64,000 nt of DNA from Candidatus Woesebacteria bacterium (GTDB taxonomy: Bacteria > Patescibacteriota > Microgenomatia > UBA8517). Within the stretch, counting starts at the first letter, position 1, and every line of letters begins with the position of its first letter. Made by a program: the position numbers and the translations under genes. Below the pieces are notes generated by a model. That model searched no databases. It was given only the letters and a program-made list of their open reading frames with translations, and was not told where the DNA came from. The stretch is taken from assembly GCA_020060845.1 (NCBI GenBank), contig JAGUZK010000017.1, positions 23,935 through 87,934 on the forward strand. The letters run 5' to 3'. Shown here piece after piece: positions 58,173-64,000 of this stretch.

Positions 58173-59956
58173 ATTGCTATTAAATCTAAAGATTCATCAA
58201 CATTCAATTTCTTAATAAAAAAGTCTTCTTTACAAATCTCTAATACCTTTCTAGGAGATGCTGAATAAATACCTAGGCGAACAAGACGAACAAAAAATTC
58301 GAAAAAAAATATTTTTATTCTTCTGGGTAAAATGTTTCTAATTTCTAAAAAATCCAATCTCAACACTTCTAAAACTTTCTTTTTTCTATCATTTTCGTAC
58401 TTCTTCGCTCTTGGACTCCCGTGAAGTCCATAAAAAAACACCTTTGAAAAAAACCTTGAAAGAATTTCTTCTAACTCTTTTTTGGAATATTCTCTAATGT
58501 GATAAGGGTTCTCGTTGAAAGATTGGGTCAACCGATTTGGTGTAGACAGCAAAAAAAAACCTCTCTTCTTCATTAGTCTCTTTACATTTAAAAGAAAATC
58601 TTCGGGTTTCTCTAGGTGCTCAATAACCTGAAAAGAAACGACCAAATCAAATTTTTTCGAGGTTTTGAATTTCGTAACATCGAAACATTCAAATTTGAGA
58701 TTATTCCTTTGGTAAATCTCTTTCGCTTTAGCAATCGATTGGCCATGTATATCCACAGCTAAAACTTCTTTCGCGACTTCTGAAATTTCGAAGGCGCCTA
58801 GACCCGAACCACACCCTAATTCAAGAACAGTCTTACCTTTAGCTAGTCTTTTACAAAATTCGTAAACCTTTTGATGCTGAAAAAAAGTTGGCATCATCCA
58901 GACGACATTGGGGTCTGTCCTTTCCCCTACGCTATCAAATTTTAACTGCCAAAAATATCTTTTCCTAAATAAAAAATAAGATAAGACAATACTTTTAGGG
59001 TAAACATAGTTTTCAAAAGATACCGAAGATCTTAAATTCTTTTTCCCCATATAAAATGGGAGTAATCTTAAAAAATCAACATGGGCATAAAACAAAGCTA
59101 ACACAAAAGTAAACTTTCCAGTTAAAAGATAGTAAAAATAAGTTATTAATTCTAAAAAAAATCTAGCGGTAAGGCTTTTTACCAAAAGCTTGTACGGCAA
59201 ATTTTTTAATAGTAAGATTAGATTATTGCGATGCTCATAATACCTTTTCTTAAGCAAATTCTTTTTAGCACTTGCCGCAACTTTATGATAAACAACTGAG
59301 TCAGGAATAAAAATAATTTTAAACCCCAAATTTTGAACTCTCCAACAAAAGTCAATTTCTTCCATATAATTAAAGAAGTTCTCGTCAAATAAATATCGAG
59401 TGATATGGATAATAGACCTCCTTATACATATCGCCGCTCCACTAGCCCAAAAAATTGGACACTTAAAATCATATTGGCCCAAATCTTTTTCAAGGGTATT
59501 AAAAATTCTACCTCTCGTAAAAGGATAGCCAAACCTGTCTATAAACCCGCCGGCTGCACCTGCGTAATCAAAATAATCTTTTTTTGAATACAAACGAATT
59601 TTAGGTTGAATAATCGCAATCGATTCGTCAGACTCGAAAGTCTTCACAACCGAACCAAGCCAATTTTTATCTACAACCGTATCATTATTTAAAAGAACAA
59701 TATATTCACCCCTTGCCTTTTTAAAAGCCCAATTATTTCCTCCCGCAAAACCCAGATTTCTTTCTAATCGGAAAATAGAGGCATAATTTCTAAATCTATC
59801 TTTTAATATTTTCGCTTCGTCCCGTAGTGAGCCATTATCCACAACTATTACTTCGTAATTGGAGTATCTAGTTCTTTTAAGAGAATTTAAACAATGAATC
59901 GTATCTCTAACACCATTCCAATTTAAAATTATTATGGAAACCATTGGGCTTCTCAT
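58160..59956 (-). CDS. Fusion protein: N-terminal GT2 glycosyltransferase, then membrane segment, then C-terminal class I SAM methyltransferase
   Basis: GT2 motifs: VSIIILNWNGVRDT, VDNGSLRD, LNNDTVV. TM helices about residues 255-300. Methyltransferase motif I VLELGCGSGLGAF and motif II DLVVSFQVIEHL. Contains a T9 homopolymer tract (58552-58560) in the coding sequence. Confidence 0.75.
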   Translation of the reverse strand: MRSPMVSIIILNWNGVRDTIHCLNSLKRTRYSNYEVIVVDNGSLRDEAKILKDRFRNYASIFRLERNLGFAGGNNWAFKKARGEYIVLLNNDTVVDKNWLGSVVKTFESDESIAIIQPKIRLYSKKDYFDYAGAAGGFIDRFGYPFTRGRIFNTLEKDLGQYDFKCPIFWASGAAICIRRSIIHITRYLFDENFFNYMEEIDFCWRVQNLGFKIIFIPDSVVYHKVAASAKKNLLKKRYYEHRNNLILLLKNLPYKLLVKSLTARFFLELITYFYYLLTGKFTFVLALFYAHVDFLRLLPFYMGKKNLRSSVSFENYVYPKSIVLSYFLFRKRYFWQLKFDSVGERTDPNVVWMMPTFFQHQKVYEFCKRLAKGKTVLELGCGSGLGAFEISEVAKEVLAVDIHGQSIAKAKEIYQRNNLKFECFDVTKFKTSKKFDLVVSFQVIEHLEKPEDFLLNVKRLMKKRGFFLLSTPNRLTQSFNENPYHIREYSKKELEEILSRFFSKVFFYGLHGSPRAKKYENDRKKKVLEVLRLDFLEIRNILPRRIKIFFFEFFVRLVRLGIYSASPRKVLEICKEDFFIKKLNVDESLDLIAICRY

Positions 59957-60705
59957 TTTTTTGCAACCAACAAAAGACCTACGCCTTTATTTGTCCAGCA
60001 AAAAAGATTATCAATCCAAAGGGGTAAAGACAATAGTAACTTTAGTCTTTCACTAGATAAAAACTTAGATAGGAAAAAATTACTTTTAGAAAAAGAAATT
60101 CCTTTCTCAACCTTTAAAATAAAAAGCGGAGAAAGAAAAAATTTATCCCAAATATATCCAAGAGGGAATCCCCAATAGAAAACTTTAATGACAGAAAATC
60201 CACTCTTTTTGAAAACCCCAACTAACCCTTCAGCGTTGTATCTACGAAAATGTCCAGCATACTCATCCACCTTGCTCCAAAGACCTGGACGTGCTGGAAC
60301 CGTGACAACACATATTCCATTTTTCTTAAGACATTTATAGAAACCTTTAATTGCATACTCGTCATCTTCTAAATGTTCTAGTGTTTCTCCCGATACTATT
60401 GCATCAAATAAGAAAGTTGTTTTATAAAGGAATTCTTCACCCGCAACTTTAATACTCACATTTTTAATTTTCTTAACATTTAGTCTTTTTTTAAGGAAAT
60501 TTATAGAAAGCTCAGACAAATCAACTCCAACACAACTGTAACCCGCTGAAGAAAGCCTAATAATCAAGTTTCCAGTACCACATCCAAAGTCCAAAATCGT
60601 CCCCCGATTCTTGTACTTTGATATTTCTCTTAAAATAAGAGAATTACGATAATAATCTCGCGGCCCTGAAAAATTTGGATCTTCTCCCCATTTAATTTTC
60701 TTCAT
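59953..60705 (-). CDS. Class I SAM-dependent methyltransferase
   Basis: Motif I ILDFGCGTGNLI, then VDLS, and motif II DAIVSGETLEHL. Confidence 0.8.
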   Translation of the reverse strand: MKKIKWGEDPNFSGPRDYYRNSLILREISKYKNRGTILDFGCGTGNLIIRLSSAGYSCVGVDLSELSINFLKKRLNVKKIKNVSIKVAGEEFLYKTTFLFDAIVSGETLEHLEDDEYAIKGFYKCLKKNGICVVTVPARPGLWSKVDEYAGHFRRYNAEGLVGVFKKSGFSVIKVFYWGFPLGYIWDKFFLSPLFILKVEKGISFSKSNFFLSKFLSSERLKLLLSLPLWIDNLFCWTNKGVGLLLVAKK

Positions 60706-61532
60706 TTTAAAGCCTTTAAGAAAATTCCAACCCCAGGATTATTTAATGAAACTTTATTGTTTAACTTGTCAACCAAACCGGAAACACCAAAGAAAAGCTT
60801 AATAAATCCTTTTTTCTTTTTGGTTTGTTTTGAAAATTTACTCACTTGATTTTTAGTTCCTTGAGAAACCTTATCTTGAGCTAAAAGGATAGCTCCCAGG
60901 TTAATTAGATAGTGATTAAATGGTAAGCACCACTGGGTTAACGACTCTATTTTCTCAACCTTAAACCCTGCTTTTTTAACCACTTTTTTTATTTGAAGTG
61001 GAGTATAAAGCCTAATGTGTTGGTTCCAAATCCCCGCCCAGAAACCAGTCTTTATATGAGTCCCAAACAAATGCTCTAATACCCAATTGACCGGATCCCA
61101 AAAAAAGGGATAATTTGCGTTGGGGACTGAAAGACAAAGTACTCCACTCGGTTTCAAAACGCGATAAACTTCTTTTAACCCTTTAACATCATCCGGAAGA
61201 TGTTCTGCTACTTCGCTCATTACTATCTTGTCGAAGCTTTTATCTTTGAAGGGGAGTTTTTTCATCAAATCAGCTTGAATTAGTTTGACTTTCTTCCCTT
61301 TAAGGTTTTTCTTAGCAGATTTCAAAGCATTGGGATCAAAATCACACCCCGTCAAATCAAGATCTAGCCCAAGATTTGAAAGAAGATGCAAATAAAATCC
61401 GTCTCCGCAACCAACATCCAAGATCCTGTCCCCATCTTTTGGGTCCAATTCTTCAATTATTCTTCTTGCCCTTCTTTTGAGAGCCATATCGCCAGTGTTT
61501 TCCAATAATCTATCAATCAATCTTTTGGTCAT
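60702..61532 (-). CDS. Class I SAM-dependent methyltransferase (tandem paralog 1)
   Basis: Motif I ILDVGCGDGFYL and motif II DKIVMSEVAEHL. Shares YPFFWDPVNWVLEHLF...GFWAGIWNQHIRLY with the next gene. Confidence 0.75.
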   Translation of the reverse strand: MTKRLIDRLLENTGDMALKRRARRIIEELDPKDGDRILDVGCGDGFYLHLLSNLGLDLDLTGCDFDPNALKSAKKNLKGKKVKLIQADLMKKLPFKDKSFDKIVMSEVAEHLPDDVKGLKEVYRVLKPSGVLCLSVPNANYPFFWDPVNWVLEHLFGTHIKTGFWAGIWNQHIRLYTPLQIKKVVKKAGFKVEKIESLTQWCLPFNHYLINLGAILLAQDKVSQGTKNQVSKFSKQTKKKKGFIKLFFGVSGLVDKLNNKVSLNNPGVGIFLKALK

Positions 61533-61555
61533 AGTTCGTGGATTACTTCATTTAT

Positions 61556-62392
61556 TCATTTAATAGCACTTACAAAAATACTCACTCCCCCATTTCTTGA
61601 TAGGAATAAACTAAGATCATTCATACTATCAACTGCATTAATAACAAAAAAAACAAGCTTTAACCAGAAAGACTTCCTCTTTTTCCTCAACTTTTTTAAG
61701 AAAGAATTTGACCATGAAGTTGGAAATTTTCCACCATAAAGTAAATTAACATTAAAGGGAAGACACCAATTTGTAATACACTCTACTTGCTCTATCTTGA
61801 ACCCTGCTTTCTTAATAATTAAGGTGATATCCTCTCGACCATAAAGTCTCAAATGATTAGCCCAAATTCCACTCCAAAAACCATTTTTTATATGCTTTGA
61901 GAAGAAGTGCTCTAATATCCAGTTGAGAGGATCCCACAAAAATGGGTAGCTTTTATTTGGGACAGTAAGTATCAACTTACCTCCATTTTTTAATACTCTT
62001 CTTATCTCTTCTAAAGCTTTCAGATCGTCATCTATATGCTCTAAAACCTCGCTTAGAATAACCACATCAAAATTATTTGATGGGAAAGGCAAATCTGTAA
62101 TGTCGCCATACACTATCTTAACCTTTTCTCCTTTTAATCTAGTTTTGGCTATCTCTATAGATTCTCTATCATTATCTAAACCTACCAATCGCAATCTATT
62201 TTTTTTAAATATTTTTTTAAAACGCACAATTAAATCTAAGTAATAACCCCAACCACACCCCGCATCAAGTACTTTCCCTTGGTTATAAATACTCAATTCT
62301 CTCAAAATTTCAAAAGCTCTCCTCCTCAAGGCTATATCAATTTCTCCTGATACCAAATTCTTAATATTCCTTATCTTAGTCATATTTCCCAT
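61556..62392 (-). CDS. Class I SAM-dependent methyltransferase (tandem paralog 2)
   Basis: Motif I VLDAGCGWGYYL and motif II DVVILSEVLEHI. Shares YPFLWDPLNWILEHFF...GFWSGIWANHLRLY with the previous gene. Confidence 0.75.
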   Translation of the reverse strand: MGNMTKIRNIKNLVSGEIDIALRRRAFEILRELSIYNQGKVLDAGCGWGYYLDLIVRFKKIFKKNRLRLVGLDNDRESIEIAKTRLKGEKVKIVYGDITDLPFPSNNFDVVILSEVLEHIDDDLKALEEIRRVLKNGGKLILTVPNKSYPFLWDPLNWILEHFFSKHIKNGFWSGIWANHLRLYGREDITLIIKKAGFKIEQVECITNWCLPFNVNLLYGGKFPTSWSNSFLKKLRKKRKSFWLKLVFFVINAVDSMNDLSLFLSRNGGVSIFVSAIK

Positions 62393-63539
62393 AAATTACT
62401 TCAAGATACGATTTTATCAAAATGTCAGCATTCCTTTCAGAGTATCTTTTTTCAGCAAAGCTCCTTGCATTTTTTGCCAACTCTTTAAGTTTATCAGGAT
62501 TTTTGTAAAAGTATTCAACTTCCTTCTTGATATTCTCGGGCGTAACTTCGATTAACTTACCAACTGTCTCATCCATAGCTTCGGGGATTGCTCCACGATT
62601 TGAACCAATCACAGGGGTTCCACAAGCTAGACTTTCCAAAATAACCCTTCCAAATCCTTCCTCGTGAATCGAGGGCACTATGGTTAAATCTGCTGCCGAA
62701 TAGTAAAGGGGTAATTTTTCTTGACTAACCCTACCAAGAAAAATTAAATGGTCAATGGTTGATGATTGTCGTCTAATTTCTCTTTCTAGAGGCCCAGATC
62801 CTGCAATGGCAAGAATTATGTTTTTATTCCATCTTTTTGAGGCTTCTAAAAGAACCAAAATTCCTTTTTCCTCTACAAGTCTTCCAACAAATAAAACTAC
62901 AAACTTATAATTCTGCCAGCCCAATTTTTGTCTAATTTTGGCTTTGGATTTTTGAACTTTGAATTTTTGTAAATCAATCCAATAGGTAAAGGTTTTAACT
63001 TTTTCGGGATTCACTCCCAATAACTCAACTTCTTTTTTTGATTGTTTAGATAAACATAAAACAGTATCGGAGTTGTCAAAGATCCACCTTGCAAAATTTC
63101 TGTATAAACCCTTTTGGGGAAAATTGTAAATCGAGTGGGTTGTTGTTATAACTTTTTTACCAAAAATCCTACCCCAAAATACAGCAACAAATCCAGCAAT
63201 AAGACCGTGGCTATGGATAACTGAAACCTTCCTTGCTTTACTCAATAAAATCAATGGCAACGCTAAAAAAAGTCCGGGGGTTAAAAACAGAAATTCCAAA
63301 ACAGGTTTATCAACTAATTTATAAAACCAACCTCTTATCCAAGGAATTCTATATATGAATATCCTTTTTCCTCGTCTCTCAAAAAAAGGCGCGGACACCG
63401 GCGTAGTTATCGGTTTATAAGTCAAAACCCAAACTGTCAATCCACGCCTACTAAGCTCATTAGTCAGATCGTCAAAGTGGGTCTCAATTCCCCCAACATT
63501 CGGAGAAAACCCAATCGTAACAAAAAGAATTGATTTCAT
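62376..63539 (-). CDS. Glycosyltransferase family 4
   Basis: GT-B fold with a C-terminal EGFGRVILESLACGTPVIGSNRGAIPEA motif. Confidence 0.8.
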   Translation of the reverse strand: MKSILFVTIGFSPNVGGIETHFDDLTNELSRRGLTVWVLTYKPITTPVSAPFFERRGKRIFIYRIPWIRGWFYKLVDKPVLEFLFLTPGLFLALPLILLSKARKVSVIHSHGLIAGFVAVFWGRIFGKKVITTTHSIYNFPQKGLYRNFARWIFDNSDTVLCLSKQSKKEVELLGVNPEKVKTFTYWIDLQKFKVQKSKAKIRQKLGWQNYKFVVLFVGRLVEEKGILVLLEASKRWNKNIILAIAGSGPLEREIRRQSSTIDHLIFLGRVSQEKLPLYYSAADLTIVPSIHEEGFGRVILESLACGTPVIGSNRGAIPEAMDETVGKLIEVTPENIKKEVEYFYKNPDKLKELAKNARSFAEKRYSERNADILIKSYLEVIYGKYD

Positions 63540-64000
63540 TGCTGACGATAAATGATTAATGACTTGAGAATAGATTGCATCTTAAACTTTAAAAAAACAT
63601 ATCCGTATATCAGAGTCGTACCCAAACACATCACTGGGTGCATAAACCAAGCAACATCTCTGATTTTTAAATACCCCTTAAATGATTCATACAAAGGTCC
63701 AAGTATTGTAAGACTATAAATCACAAAAACAAATAAGCCAAACTCATCCCCCGGCATAACTACACTCCAACGTCTTTTCTGGTGCTCCTCAAAGTGATAT
63801 TGTTCAACAAAACGCTTTCTCCTTTTCAAGAAGCCCCAAAAACCTCTCTGGTGTGTTAGGTGAATTATCGAATTTTTAACAAAAGCAAATTTATTAAAAC
63901 CTGCCGCAACCATATCGTACAAAACATCGACCGGGTAATGATTTTCTGGATCTGCTTTTGCATGCATCAGAACAAGTTTCCTCCTCATCAAGCAACCATT
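63536..64000 (-). CDS. Hypothetical membrane protein, probably partial (frame open to the window edge)
   Basis: The ORF-track start at 63991 is TTG. The same frame continues open to position 64000. Two C-terminal hydrophobic helices. May be the C-terminus of a larger protein. Confidence 0.3.
   Translation of the reverse strand, partial: NGCLMRRKLVLMHAKADPENHYPVDVLYDMVAAGFNKFAFVKNSIIHLTHQRGFWGFLKRRKRFVEQYHFEEHQKRRWSVVMPGDEFGLFVFVIYSLTILGPLYESFKGYLKIRDVAWFMHPVMCLGTTLIYGYVFLKFKMQSILKSLIIYRQQ

Overview
Low-GC bacterial window of about 64 kb containing roughly 55 protein-coding genes. All but one lie on the minus strand; the exception is an AsnB-family gene at 27423-29309 on the plus strand. The gene content and compact layout are suggestive of a small-genome (possibly CPR/Patescibacteria-like) bacterium, but that is inference only.

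The left edge holds a conserved cell-division block (partial ftsI, ftsL-like, rsmH, mraZ), with AAAGTGG direct repeats at 10-bp spacing upstream of mraZ that resemble MraZ boxes. This is followed by a hypothetical membrane-anchored protein, glyQS, a DUF2130-like zinc-ribbon/coiled-coil protein, and recO.

From about 6.2 kb to 49.4 kb, and again from 54.9 kb to the right edge, the window is a single very large cell-surface glycan assembly island. It contains:
- a PglC/WbaP-like priming phosphoglycosyltransferase beside a DUF4012-like membrane protein;
- a sugar-1-phosphate nucleotidyltransferase;
- about 8 GT4 and about 9 GT2/GT-A glycosyltransferases;
- two GtrB/ArnC-like polyprenyl-phosphate glycosyltransferases;
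- a Wzx-like flippase and a Wzy/WaaL-like protein;
- a hexapeptide acetyltransferase;
- an SDR epimerase/dehydratase;
- a split two-subunit transketolase;
- the AsnB-family gene (a candidate glycan amidotransferase);
- at least seven SAM-dependent methyltransferase domains, two of them fused to GT2 domains through a zinc ribbon, plus a tandem pair of standalone methyltransferases;
- eight polytopic GT-C-like membrane proteins, three of them giant (658-1110 aa) with large extracytoplasmic domains and a shared N-terminal motif.

Between the two glycan blocks there is an unusually long (about 700 bp) non-coding gap, then a patch of small atypical ORFs with TTG starts, and then a 925-aa secreted M23-peptidase-domain protein.

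Several glycosylation genes carry perfect heptanucleotide tandem repeats or A/T homopolymer tracts of 9, which are candidate slipped-strand phase-variation sites. No rRNA, tRNA, CRISPR array or recognisable transposase was found.
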